Positions 27,921 to 37,586 of a stretch of 64,000 nucleotides of DNA are shown here, piece by piece. Position 1 is the stretch's first letter; each line of letters begins with the position of its first letter. The translations under genes and the position numbers were made by a program. Below the pieces are notes generated by a model. The model did not search any database. It was not told the origin of the DNA and worked only from the letters and a program-made list of their open reading frames with translations. Source of the stretch: Armatimonadetes bacterium DC (GTDB taxonomy: Bacteria > Armatimonadota > Fimbriimonadia > Fimbriimonadales > GBS-DC). Location of the stretch: assembly GCA_001442985.1 (NCBI GenBank), contig LDYB01000020.1:225698-289697 (forward strand), given 5' to 3'.

Positions 27921-30209
27921 TTACCCCACAAACAACCGCGACTTGCTGAGCTCCATCTGCATCGTGACGAGGCGGTGGTAGACGCCCTCGCGCGCCATCA
28001 GCTCGTCATGCGTGCCAATCTCGGCAATCCGCCCGCGCTCCAGCACCACAATCCTGTCAGCGTTGCGTAAAGTAGAAAGCCGGTGCGCAATCGCAATCGT
28101 GGTGCGGTTCTGCACAAGGCGTTCCAGCGCTTCCTGAATCAGGCGCTCGGTTTCGGTGTCCACCGAAGCGGTCGCCTCGTCCAGAATCAGAATCTTCGGG
28201 TTGCGCAGGATGGCACGGGCAATCGCGATTCGCTGGCGCTCGCCGCCGGAGAGCCGGTGCCCCCGCTCGCCCACCCAGGTGTCGTAGCCATCGGGGAAGC
28301 GCATAATAAAATCATGCGCATTCGCGGCTTTGGCGGCGATAATAATCTCCTCCAGCGTCGCGTCGGGTCGGGCGTAGGCAATGTTCTCGCGAATCGTGCC
28401 CGGGAACAGGAAGGTGTCCTGCAACACGACGCCAATATGCTTGCGCAAATCCTGCATGCGAATCTCGCGCAGGTCTTTGCCGTCCAGCAGGATTCGCCCG
28501 CGCGTCGGGTCATAAAATCGGCAGATGAGGTTAATCAGCGTCGTCTTGCCCGATCCCGACGGACCCACCAGCCCAATCATCTCACCGGGGCGAATCTCCA
28601 GATTGATGTCGTGTAGCACCGGGTGATGCTTCTCGTACCCGAAGGAGACATTTTCAAACACAATGGCGCCCTGCACTTCCGTCAGGGGCTGCGCCTCGGG
28701 CAGGTCGCGCACTTCGGGTTCGGTGTCCAGCACCTCAAACACGCGCTCCGCGGCGGTCACGGTGCGCGACGCCCAGTCCATAATGTTGGTGATGATGCTC
28801 AGCGGACCGAACAGCATCCCGATATACGAGAGGAACGCCACCAGCTTGCCGAGTTCAAAAGTGCCTTCCAGCACGCCGCGCCCCCCAACATACCAGATGA
28901 CAAACGAGCTGGACATCACCAGAAACGAGATGAGGGGGAATACGCTGGCGTTAATTTTGCCCGCAATCATGCCTGTTTCGGCAATCTCGAAGTTGCGCTG
29001 GTTGAACTTCTGCATTTCGCGCTCTTCCTGCGTGAAGGCTTTCACTTCGCGGATGCCCGAGAGCGTGCCGCCCAGATGCGCCGTCAGACGCGACCAGCGG
29101 TGCCAGTGCCGACGCCACACCCGTATCACCCGACGCCACGCATAGCGCGAGAGCCACACGATAAACGGCGCAGGGATCAACACCAGCAGGCTGAGCTTCC
29201 AGTCCATCCACACCATCACCGCCGCAATGCCGATAATCATCAGCAGGTTCAGCGTGATGGTGGGCGCGCTGTTCACCAGAAAGTCGTACAGCGCGTCGGT
29301 GTCGCGCGTGACGCGGCTCATGATAGAGCCAGTCTGGCGACGGTCAAAATAGCTGAGCGAGAGCCAGTTCAGATGCTCAAAGAGTTTAGAGCGAAGCTCA
29401 AACGAGATTCGGCTGCCCAGCCATGCGTTCAGGCGTCCCCGCGCGATGTTAATCAGTGTGCCCGTCAACCGAATGCCAATCAGCGCCAGGAGCAGCCAGA
29501 CAAAGAGATGGGTGTTCGCTCGCGGCACCAGCACTTCGTCAATCAGTATCTTGGTGAGGTAGGGTGGCGCGAGTTCTACCCCTGCGCTCAACATCGCCAG
29601 CAGCGAGCCAAGCGCCATATATTTCCAGTAGGGGCGCACCATTTTGAGCAGGCGCACCAGCACCTGCCCCTGCGAGCGGCATGCCGGGCAGGAGATGGAG
29701 TCTTCGGGGATGGGGCGTCCGCATCGTTCGCAAACCGCCTGCTTGCGCTCAATCGGTGGTGCCTCTTCTCCGCGCAGAATCGCCTCCAGCCGCAGCTTCA
29801 CCTGCCCGAACAGGCTCGCCAGCGCGCTGCTGTAGCGAATCAGCTCAATAATCCGCCCATCGGTCAGGCGCACCTCCAGCGCCGACGCGCCCACCAGCTG
29901 GCGAATGCGTACCGACTCTAAATCTTTCAGGGGCACAACCTGCACAACCTCGGGCTGAAGCGATTCGGAGGCATGCCCGTTGGTGTGCTTGCGGAGCCAC
30001 GGGAGCCGCGCGCTGGTGCTGGGTTCGCTCAACGAGCGGTTCACACGCAGGGTAATCAGTGCGGTATCGGTTAACACGAGCCAGCTCTCGCCGAAGCGCC
30101 CTTCGGGCGAGAGGTCCGAGGCGAACGCCATGTCGATCTCCGCCGTTCCAACCGCCTTTTCGACGACTGCACGCAATTCAGGTGGCAGGCGTCTATCCGC
30201 GCTGTCCAT
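27921..30209 (-). CDS. ABC exporter (fused TMD-NBD, ABCB/MsbA-type) with ~190-aa N-terminal cytoplasmic extension carrying a Cys4 zinc ribbon
   Basis: Six TM helices. NBD with GPSGSGKTT, LSGGERQRIAIARA and ILILDEATASVD. N-terminal extension holds two similar LxLTDxxIIxL segments and CERCGRPIPEDSISCPACRS. Confidence 0.85.
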   Translation of the reverse strand: MDSADRRLPPELRAVVEKAVGTAEIDMAFASDLSPEGRFGESWLVLTDTALITLRVNRSLSEPSTSARLPWLRKHTNGHASESLQPEVVQVVPLKDLESVRIRQLVGASALEVRLTDGRIIELIRYSSALASLFGQVKLRLEAILRGEEAPPIERKQAVCERCGRPIPEDSISCPACRSQGQVLVRLLKMVRPYWKYMALGSLLAMLSAGVELAPPYLTKILIDEVLVPRANTHLFVWLLLALIGIRLTGTLINIARGRLNAWLGSRISFELRSKLFEHLNWLSLSYFDRRQTGSIMSRVTRDTDALYDFLVNSAPTITLNLLMIIGIAAVMVWMDWKLSLLVLIPAPFIVWLSRYAWRRVIRVWRRHWHRWSRLTAHLGGTLSGIREVKAFTQEEREMQKFNQRNFEIAETGMIAGKINASVFPLISFLVMSSSFVIWYVGGRGVLEGTFELGKLVAFLSYIGMLFGPLSIITNIMDWASRTVTAAERVFEVLDTEPEVRDLPEAQPLTEVQGAIVFENVSFGYEKHHPVLHDINLEIRPGEMIGLVGPSGSGKTTLINLICRFYDPTRGRILLDGKDLREIRMQDLRKHIGVVLQDTFLFPGTIRENIAYARPDATLEEIIIAAKAANAHDFIMRFPDGYDTWVGERGHRLSGGERQRIAIARAILRNPKILILDEATASVDTETERLIQEALERLVQNRTTIAIAHRLSTLRNADRIVVLERGRIAEIGTHDELMAREGVYHRLVTMQMELSKSRLFVG

Positions 30210-30313
30210 TATGTGCTAATTATACCCCTCAGCAGTGCCACGCGGCTCTTCAAACACTCGTCCGTATTTTCCCGTAGTTAAAACCGAGTATAATACACTC
30301 AGGTGGCAATCCG

Positions 30314-31054
30314 ATGCCGTGGTCAAGTCTGCTGGAGTGGTGGAACCTGATTTTCGCGCTCCCGTTTGGGGTGGGGCTTCTGCTCGGCGCGGGGTTCGCC
30401 CTGACGGGACTGACTGATGTGGGGGGCGACGCAGGGGGAGACAATGCCCATGACGCAGGCGACGCCGACCACGACGCCCACGACGCCGCGGATTCAGACC
30501 ACCACGACTCGGTGCTGAAAGATATCCTGCACTGGTTCGGCGTGGGCACAGGCATCCCGCTGACGCTCCTTTTACCTGCGCTGATGATGGCGTGGGGCTT
30601 TGCAGGCTTGACGGTCAACCACCTGCTGGAGCCACTGTTGAAAATCCCGCTCCTCTACTTCCCGATTTCAACGGTTGCGGCGGTGGGAGCGATGATTCTC
30701 ACAGGGCGATTCGCTTCCTTTCTCGCACGCAAGCTGGGCATTTTCGACGAAACCCCCGCGCCCACCCGACAGGATTTGATTGGCTGTTCGGGCTACGCCG
30801 TGTTCACCATCACGGAAACCGAGGGGGTTGCAAACATTCGCTCTAAAACAGGCGATATTCACCGAATCGCTTGCCGTGTGCAACCCGGACATCCGCCCAT
30901 CCCGGCGGGAACCCAGCTGATTGTTGTCGGGTATAATCATGACAGTGGCGACTTCTTTGTAGAAGCGCACCCTTTCGCGATAGAGCCTGCTCCCACACAG
31001 CAGCAGGAACTTCGCGAGAATCAACAAACCCAGATTGGGGGACAGACTCACTAA
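30314..31054 (+). CDS. NfeD/YqiJ-like membrane protein with C-terminal OB-fold domain; His/Asp-rich insert
   Basis: N-terminal TM helices. DAGGDNAHDAGDADHDAHDAADSDHHDS low-complexity segment. C-terminal beta-rich domain. Immediately upstream of the flotillin gene. Confidence 0.65.
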   Translation: MPWSSLLEWWNLIFALPFGVGLLLGAGFALTGLTDVGGDAGGDNAHDAGDADHDAHDAADSDHHDSVLKDILHWFGVGTGIPLTLLLPALMMAWGFAGLTVNHLLEPLLKIPLLYFPISTVAAVGAMILTGRFASFLARKLGIFDETPAPTRQDLIGCSGYAVFTITETEGVANIRSKTGDIHRIACRVQPGHPPIPAGTQLIVVGYNHDSGDFFVEAHPFAIEPAPTQQQELRENQQTQIGGQTH

Positions 31055-31066
31055 GGGGGTCCAACG

Positions 31067-32935
31067 ATGATACAGCTGATGATGCTGATTGGGCTGGTGC
31101 TGATAGCGTATGCCATTTACGGGCAGATGAGCGGCTCGCTGGGGGCAGGACAAGCCACCATCGTGGGCGGACTGGGACTTGCTCTGTTCCTGATTGGGGG
31201 CATCCTGTGGCTCATTCGCCACTGGCTGCTGCGCCCCTCGGCGAACCTCGCCTATGTGATTACCGGTCTTGGGGGACGGCGCGTCGCCATCGACGGAAGC
31301 CGAATCTACATCCCGTTCCTGCACGAGAAGGTTCCCGTCTCGCTGGAGACGATGAAACTGGAGGTGGAGCGCAAAGGTCCCGACGCCCTGATTACCCGCG
31401 ATAACCTGCGCGTGGATGTGAAAGCCGAGTTTTACATCAAGGTGCAGCCCGACGCGGAGTCGGTGCTGAACGCCGCACGCTCGCTGGGCGATAAATCGGT
31501 GAACGCGCAGTCGGTGTCCGCCCTGGTGTTTGAAAAGCTCGTCTCGGCGCTCCGAAGCGTGGCAGCCACGAAAGACCTCGTGGAAATCCACGCCCAGCGC
31601 GACGCCTTCGCCAGCGCAGTGCAACAACTCGTGCGCAGCGACCTGGAGCAGAACGGACTGACGCTGGAATCGGTCACTATCTCGCGCTTAGACCAGACCT
31701 CGCAGGAGCTGCTGTCGGACAATAACATTTTCGACGCGCAGGGCAAGCGCAAAATCACCGAGATTACGCAGGCGGCGCTGGTGGAGCGCAACCGCATCGA
31801 ACAGGAAGCGCGACGCGAAATCACGCTCAAAAATGTGCAGACCCAGAAGGAGATTCTGGAGCTGGAGCGCCAGCGCGCCGAAGCGGAAGCCGCCCAGCAA
31901 GCCGAAATCGCCAAAATTCAGGCGGAACGCAAGCGTGAAGCCGAAACCTACCGCATCGAACAGGAACGCCAGATTCAGGAAGCCCAGATTCAACAGGATC
32001 AGGCGGTGCGGGTGGCAGCCGTAGAGCGCGACCGACTGCTGTTGCTGAAACAGCAGGAGCTTCAGAAGACCGATATTGAGCGCGCGAAGGCGATTGAGCT
32101 GGCGGAGCGTGAGAAAGAGATTGCCGTCGCAGAAGCCGAGCGCCAGCGCGCCGAAGCCGAAAAAGCCGCGCTGGAGGCACAGGCAGAACGCGAGCGCGCC
32201 AACCAGCAGATTATCACCGTGCAGCAGCTCGCGGCGGCGGAACGCGAAGCACAAGCCAAACTCATCGCCGCGAAACAGCAGATCGAACAGGAGCGCATCA
32301 AGCGCCAGACCGAAGTGGAGGTGCAGGCGTTCGCCGAGGTCAAACAAGCGGAGGCTAAAAAACAGGCTGCCCAGCTCGAAGCCGAAGCCATCCTCACCCG
32401 CGCCGAAGCCGAAGCCAAAGCCCGCGAGCAGGTCGCCCGCGGTGAAACCGCTCTCAAAATGGTGGATGTCAACATCGCGCGCGAGCAGGTGGAGGTGGAG
32501 CGCGCCCGCGTGGAAGTGGAACGCCAGGCGCTGGAGTATCGCCAAACCTACAGCGAAGCCGCGCTCAAGTTCGAAATCGAAAAACTGCGCATCGAAGCCC
32601 AGCGCGATGTGCAGGTGGAACTGGCACGCGCAATTGGCGAGTTCATGAGCCGCGGCAACATGAATATCTTCGGCGACCCCGAAACCCTCGCCCGCATGAC
32701 CGAACAGTACGCCAAAGGGCTGGGGCTGGGCATGGCGATCGATGGGGCGCTGAGCGGTCTGAGTGCGCTCGGCGACGGCAACGGCAAACTCGGCGAGATG
32801 GCGCAACAGCTCATGCAGATCGCCCAGCGCATGGGCGCCGTGCGGATGCAAGCCCAGCACGACTCGGTGCGCTCCGCCGAACCCAGCACGCCCGATGCCG
32901 CCGAGAGCAAAAGCGAAGCCTCTGAGAAGCCGTAG
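31067..32935 (+). CDS. Flotillin / SPFH (band 7) family protein (YqiK-like) with long Ala/Glu/Gln/Arg-rich coiled coil
   Basis: N-terminal TM helix, SPFH domain, then ~250 aa of EAQRAEAE-type repeats and a flotillin C-terminus. Confidence 0.8.
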   Translation: MIQLMMLIGLVLIAYAIYGQMSGSLGAGQATIVGGLGLALFLIGGILWLIRHWLLRPSANLAYVITGLGGRRVAIDGSRIYIPFLHEKVPVSLETMKLEVERKGPDALITRDNLRVDVKAEFYIKVQPDAESVLNAARSLGDKSVNAQSVSALVFEKLVSALRSVAATKDLVEIHAQRDAFASAVQQLVRSDLEQNGLTLESVTISRLDQTSQELLSDNNIFDAQGKRKITEITQAALVERNRIEQEARREITLKNVQTQKEILELERQRAEAEAAQQAEIAKIQAERKREAETYRIEQERQIQEAQIQQDQAVRVAAVERDRLLLLKQQELQKTDIERAKAIELAEREKEIAVAEAERQRAEAEKAALEAQAERERANQQIITVQQLAAAEREAQAKLIAAKQQIEQERIKRQTEVEVQAFAEVKQAEAKKQAAQLEAEAILTRAEAEAKAREQVARGETALKMVDVNIAREQVEVERARVEVERQALEYRQTYSEAALKFEIEKLRIEAQRDVQVELARAIGEFMSRGNMNIFGDPETLARMTEQYAKGLGLGMAIDGALSGLSALGDGNGKLGEMAQQLMQIAQRMGAVRMQAQHDSVRSAEPSTPDAAESKSEASEKP

Positions 32936-32958
32936 AAACACGCCGCTCTACACCCCTG

Positions 32959-32986
32959 GGGGGTAGCCCGACAGGCTGCCCCCTTT
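32959..32986 (+). terminator. Hairpin (10-bp stem GGGGGTAGCC/GGCTGCCCCC, one G-U) followed by TTT; candidate terminator after the flotillin gene
   Basis: Read directly from the sequence. The U tract is weak. Confidence 0.35.
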
Positions 32987-33030
32987 ACACGCAAGTGTCT
33001 GGATAGGACGAAACGGGGTACAATTCCACC

Positions 33031-34029
33031 ATGACCGCGCGTGAGCGTGTGCAGGCAGTCGTGGCAGGGCAGGTCCCTGACCGTTTGCCCTACAGTTTCT
33101 GGTACCACTTTCGCACGGAGTCGTGGTTTCCGCCCGCCTTACACGCTGAGTTTCGGGCGCCCGCTTCCCCTGAGCTCCTGCAAACTTATGTGGAGGGGAT
33201 GGTGCGCGCCGAGTACGAGTTCTGGCGCCGCTATGAACCCGACATCCTGAAAGTGATGCACGACATCCCCTACGAAACCCCCGACGGGATGCACTGCGTC
33301 CACACGCCCGAAGACTGGGCGCGTCTGCCGCGTTTGGACCCCGACACGGGGCACTTCGGCGCGCAGCTGGAGGTGCTGCGCCAGCTTCGGGAGCGCGTCC
33401 CTGAAAGCACGCCGATTGTGGAGACTCTTTTCAACGCCTTCTACTACGCGAACAAAATCAGCCACAAGCGCCTGCTGGAGCATCTGGAACAGGAGCCTGA
33501 AGCGGTGCAGGCGGGTTTGCAGACCCTGCAGGCGAACCTGCTGGACTACGCCCGCGCCGTGCTGGAGGTGTGCGACGGAATCTACTATGCTGTGAACGGG
33601 ATCAGCATCGACACCGCCCCGCGCGAGGTCTACGCTCGCTACTTTCTGCCGCTGGATCGGGCGATGCTGGAGGCGCTTGCCAGCGCGCCGCTGGTGATTC
33701 TACACCTGCACGGCTACGGCGAGCTGTACGCTGATTTGCTTGCCGATGCGCCCTGCTCCATCGTCTGCTGGAGCGATCGGGGATGTACCCTGAGCCTCGC
33801 CGAAGGCAAGCGGCTCTTCAGCAAAGCGGTTATGGGTGGGATTGATGAATTGAACCTTGCCCAGATGAGCCGCGAGCAGGTGTTCCAGCAGGCGCACGAG
33901 GCGTTTGACTCGCTGGGGCAGGCGCCTTTTATCCTTGCGCCGGGGTGCGCTGTGCCGACCAACATCAGCCCCCAGCTGCTCGGCGCGATTCGTGAATTTG
34001 CCGAGCGCACGCGATTTCGCCTCGCATAA
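33031..34029 (+). CDS. Uroporphyrinogen-decarboxylase (URO-D) family protein (MtaA/CmuA-like methyltransferase-type)
   Basis: URO-D-like TIM-barrel pattern (VPDRLPYSFWYHF ... ILHLHGYG ...). Leaderless: GGGGTACAAT then 6 nt then ATG. Confidence 0.55.
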   Translation: MTARERVQAVVAGQVPDRLPYSFWYHFRTESWFPPALHAEFRAPASPELLQTYVEGMVRAEYEFWRRYEPDILKVMHDIPYETPDGMHCVHTPEDWARLPRLDPDTGHFGAQLEVLRQLRERVPESTPIVETLFNAFYYANKISHKRLLEHLEQEPEAVQAGLQTLQANLLDYARAVLEVCDGIYYAVNGISIDTAPREVYARYFLPLDRAMLEALASAPLVILHLHGYGELYADLLADAPCSIVCWSDRGCTLSLAEGKRLFSKAVMGGIDELNLAQMSREQVFQQAHEAFDSLGQAPFILAPGCAVPTNISPQLLGAIREFAERTRFRLA

Positions 34030-34082
34030 CCCTCATTTTGCCCGCCGAATATGGAATAACCCCCCTTGACGGAGGGTAGGCA

Positions 34083-35798
34083 TTGGTTGGCGTTGGCGAG
34101 CTTTTCGTCCAGGAAGGCTTGATTACCGAAGCGCAGCTCCATGAGGCGCTTCAGAAACAGCAGGAGGGCGTGCCCCTCTCGCTGGATCATCTGCTGGTGC
34201 AGCTGGGCTACATCAGCGAGAAGGATCGGGTGCGCGTGATGGGACTGCTCTGGAATGCACCCTTTTTAGACCTCAACGACACACCCCCCGACCCTGCACT
34301 CGCCGAACTGATCCCCGTCGAGTTAGCCAAACGCCACCGCGCCGTGCCCGTGTGCCGCGAAAACGGCAAGCTCACCGTCGCGATGGTGGACCCGCTGGAC
34401 ATCTTCGCCATCGACGAGATTGCAAACTACACCAAACTCGATATCGAAGCCTGCATCGCCACCGAAGAGGATGTGCAGAACGCCATCCGCAAGCTTTATA
34501 AAGACAAGGCGAACCAGGTCGTCAACGAGACGGTGCGCGAGCTGTTGCAGGACCTCGCGGGGAGCGACATCGATATCAGCACGACAAGCGAGGAAGAGCT
34601 CTCGGCGGAAGCGTTGCGCGATCTGGCAGATGAGGCGCCCGTCGTGAAACTCGCGAACCAGATTATCGCGCAGGCAATTGCCGACGGCGCCAGCGACATC
34701 CATATCGAACCCGCTCGCGACTGTGTGAAAGTGCGCTACCGCATCGACGGCGTGATGATCGACTCGCTGGTGTTGCCCAAAAAGGTGCAGGCGCCCCTCA
34801 CCTCGCGCTTCAAGATTCTGGCGGATATGGATATTGCCGAAAAGCGCCAGCCACAGGATAACCGCATCAGCGCCACGATAGACGGGCACGAGTATGACTT
34901 CCGTGTCTCCACCCTGCCCTGCGTTCACGGCGAGAAAATCGTGATGCGCGTGCTGGACAAAGGAAGCGTGCGCGTGGGACTGGATAAACTTGGCTTCCTG
35001 CCCGACACACTGGAAACCCTGGAAAAGGTCATCAGCCGCTCGTATGGCATCATTCTCGTGACGGGACCCACAGGCTCTGGAAAATCCACCACGCTCTACT
35101 CGATTCTCTCGCGCCTCAACACGGGGCTGGTGAACATCATCACGGCGGAAGACCCCGTGGAGTACGAACTGCCCGGCATCAATCAGGTACAGGTGAACCC
35201 GAAGGCAGGCTTAACTTTCGCCAGCGCGCTCCGTGCGATGCTCCGCCAGGACCCCGACATTATCATGGTGGGCGAGATGCGCGACCGCGAGACCGCCACG
35301 ATTGCAATTGAAGCCGCGCTCACGGGGCACCTCGTGCTGTCCACGCTCCACACCAACGACGCCTCCAGCGCGCCGCCGCGCCTGATTGAGATGGGCGTGG
35401 AGCCGTTTATGATTGCCTCGTCGCTGATTGCGGTGCTGGCGCAACGGCTGGTGCGCACACTCTGCCCGCGCTGCAAGGAACCCTACCGCCCCACCGAGCA
35501 GGAGTTCCTGCGCTACGGCTTTACGCCACCCCCGAACCTGCACGAGATTGAAATTTATCGCGCCCGTGGCTGCGAAGCGTGCAAAAACACGGGCTACAAA
35601 GGGCGCACAGGCGTGCATGAGCTGCTGGTGGTGAACGACCCCATCCGCGACCTGATTTTGCAACACGCCGCCGCCTACACCATCCAGAAAGTCGCGAAAG
35701 AACACGGACTGCGCCTGCTCAAAGAAGACGCTTTAGCCAAAGTGCTTTTAGGACGCACCAGCATCGAGGAGATTGTGCGCGTCATCTACAGTGGCTAA
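34083..35798 (+). CDS. pilB: Type IV pilus assembly / type II secretion ATPase PilB/GspE family
   Basis: Two N-terminal T2SSE_N-like domains. Walker A GPTGSGKSTT, Asp box, His box. Tetracysteine motif CPRC ... CEAC. TTG start with GGAGGG SD. Confidence 0.85.
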   Translation: MVGVGELFVQEGLITEAQLHEALQKQQEGVPLSLDHLLVQLGYISEKDRVRVMGLLWNAPFLDLNDTPPDPALAELIPVELAKRHRAVPVCRENGKLTVAMVDPLDIFAIDEIANYTKLDIEACIATEEDVQNAIRKLYKDKANQVVNETVRELLQDLAGSDIDISTTSEEELSAEALRDLADEAPVVKLANQIIAQAIADGASDIHIEPARDCVKVRYRIDGVMIDSLVLPKKVQAPLTSRFKILADMDIAEKRQPQDNRISATIDGHEYDFRVSTLPCVHGEKIVMRVLDKGSVRVGLDKLGFLPDTLETLEKVISRSYGIILVTGPTGSGKSTTLYSILSRLNTGLVNIITAEDPVEYELPGINQVQVNPKAGLTFASALRAMLRQDPDIIMVGEMRDRETATIAIEAALTGHLVLSTLHTNDASSAPPRLIEMGVEPFMIASSLIAVLAQRLVRTLCPRCKEPYRPTEQEFLRYGFTPPPNLHEIEIYRARGCEACKNTGYKGRTGVHELLVVNDPIRDLILQHAAAYTIQKVAKEHGLRLLKEDALAKVLLGRTSIEEIVRVIYSG

Positions 35799-35811
35799 GG
35801 AGGCTATCCGG

Positions 35812-36666
35812 ATGAATACGCAGACCCAGACGATTCTGCAGAAGGTCAAAGAGTTAGCGGTGCTGCCGCAGGTGGTGCATCAGATTATCAACCTGACCAA
35901 CAACCCGAACGCGAGCGCGCGCGATCTGGAACGCCTGATCGGCTTGGATCAGGGTATGTCGATGCGTGTGCTGAACACGGTCAACTCCGCCTATTACGGC
36001 ATGCAACGCAAAATTGGCTCTATTAAAGATGCGGTGGTGTTGCTGGGTTTCAAAACCGTACGCCACATCGCGATGACGGCGAGCGTGTTTGACCTGTTTG
36101 TGGGCAAGACCGACCGGCAGAACCTGCGTCGGGGCAAGTGGTGGCGCCACGCGATTGACACCGCGCTCTGCTGCCGCCTGATCGCCTCGCAAACGCCCGA
36201 CCTCTCGCCCGATGAAGCCTACACGCTGGGGCTGCTGCACGATGTGGGCAAACCGTTGCTGGATCGCTACGGGGGCGAACCCTATGAGCGCGTGGAAGAC
36301 CTGATGGCACAGGGCATGTCGGAGCTGGACGCCGAGCGTCAGGTCTACGGAACCGACCACGCGGAAATCGGCGAGGTGGTGTGCCTGCACTGGGGCTTTC
36401 CCGAAAAACTCGCTTACGCAATCGGGGAACATCACGCCGACCATCCCGAAGGGCTGATGGACGCCCGCATGACCGCGCTGGTGGTGCTGGGGAACGCACT
36501 GGCGCACTGGTTGCGCCACCCCGACACCTCCGAGGAAGAGTTTCTGTTTCTGTTGCCCGAATGGGTGTATCAGACGCTCCACCTGCAGCCGAGCCAGATC
36601 AGCGCCCTGCGCGTGGCATGCGAGTCGGAGATGAGAAGTTCGCCGCTGGCGGCGCTGGCGCGATAA
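35812..36666 (+). CDS. HDOD-domain signalling protein
   Basis: ILQKVKELAVLPQVVHQIINL ... LGLLHDVGK ... HAEIGEVV is the HDOD (HD-related output domain) pattern. Start re-set to ATG 35812 (SD TAAGGAGG). Confidence 0.7.
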   Translation: MNTQTQTILQKVKELAVLPQVVHQIINLTNNPNASARDLERLIGLDQGMSMRVLNTVNSAYYGMQRKIGSIKDAVVLLGFKTVRHIAMTASVFDLFVGKTDRQNLRRGKWWRHAIDTALCCRLIASQTPDLSPDEAYTLGLLHDVGKPLLDRYGGEPYERVEDLMAQGMSELDAERQVYGTDHAEIGEVVCLHWGFPEKLAYAIGEHHADHPEGLMDARMTALVVLGNALAHWLRHPDTSEEEFLFLLPEWVYQTLHLQPSQISALRVACESEMRSSPLAALAR

Positions 36667-36674
36667 AAAACGGC

Positions 36675-37586
36675 TTATGCCAGAGCGCCCACCAGCGCCT
36701 CGATGCGCTCCAGCTGGCGCGACTCGGCATACGCACGCAGCCCCGCAAGAATCTCCATCAGGGCTTGGGGGTGCATATAGTGCGCTGTGCCCACCTGCAC
36801 TGCCGAAGCGCCTACCAGCATGAATTCCACCGCGTCCTCCCAGCTGCAGATACCCCCTACGCCAATCAGGGGCGTTTCGGGCATCGCCTGACGCACACGC
36901 CACACATGGTACAGGGCTATCGGCTTAATCGCGGGTCCCGACAAGCCCCCTATGGGCGTCGCTAACCGAAAACGCTGGGTGTGGGCGTCTACCGCCATCC
37001 CCCACGGGCTGTTAATCAGGCAAAGGCTCTCGGCTCCTGCCGCAACCGCCGCGCGCGCTATCGGCACCGGGTCGCCCCCATTCGGCGAGAGTTTGGCAAT
37101 CAGGGGGAGCGGGGTCGCGTTGCGGACTGCCTCTATCACCTGAGTCGTGCGCTCTGAGCTCAGCCCAAACTCAGCGTGCCCCTCTTCTGTGTCGGGGCAG
37201 GCGAGGTTCACCTCGAGGGCGGTGATTCCCTCCGCCTGACTGAGCTTCCCGGCGACGGCGCGATACTCCGCCACCGTTTCCCCGCCGATACTGACGATCA
37301 GGGGTGTGCCGAGCGTGCGCAGGCGGGGCAGAATCTCCAGCACGAAGGTTTCCACGCCCTCGTTCTGCAAGCCAATCGCGTGGAGCATGCCTGCGGGCGT
37401 CTCGGCGACGCGCGGGGGTGGATTGCCTGCACGGGGCGTGAGCGTAATCGTTTTGACCACCAGCGCGCCTGCCTGCGCCCAGTCCACCAGCGGCGCGTAC
37501 TCCAGCCCGTAGCCGACGCACCCCGCTGCCGTCATCACGGGGTTCGGCAGCCGCAGGCGTCCCAGCTGGACGCTCAGGTCGGTCAT
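36675..37586 (-). CDS. pyrD: Dihydroorotate dehydrogenase (class 1B) catalytic subunit
   Basis: LPNPVMTAAGCVGYG ... GGICSWEDAVEFMLVGASAVQVGTA. Start re-set to ATG 37586, which overlaps the pyrK stop (ATGA). Confidence 0.88.
   Translation of the reverse strand: MTDLSVQLGRLRLPNPVMTAAGCVGYGLEYAPLVDWAQAGALVVKTITLTPRAGNPPPRVAETPAGMLHAIGLQNEGVETFVLEILPRLRTLGTPLIVSIGGETVAEYRAVAGKLSQAEGITALEVNLACPDTEEGHAEFGLSSERTTQVIEAVRNATPLPLIAKLSPNGGDPVPIARAAVAAGAESLCLINSPWGMAVDAHTQRFRLATPIGGLSGPAIKPIALYHVWRVRQAMPETPLIGVGGICSWEDAVEFMLVGASAVQVGTAHYMHPQALMEILAGLRAYAESRQLERIEALVGALA

Noticed and set aside
30420-30500. GAC/CAC-rich repetitive stretch
   Set aside because: Coding low complexity (His/Asp repeats) inside the NfeD-like gene, not a non-coding repeat.
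31850-32500. Repetitive DNA (gccgaagccgaa..., gcgcag...) that could be mistaken for a CRISPR-like or tandem repeat array
   Set aside because: It is the in-frame coding sequence for the flotillin EAQRAEAE coiled coil. Repeat units are irregular and there are no spacers.
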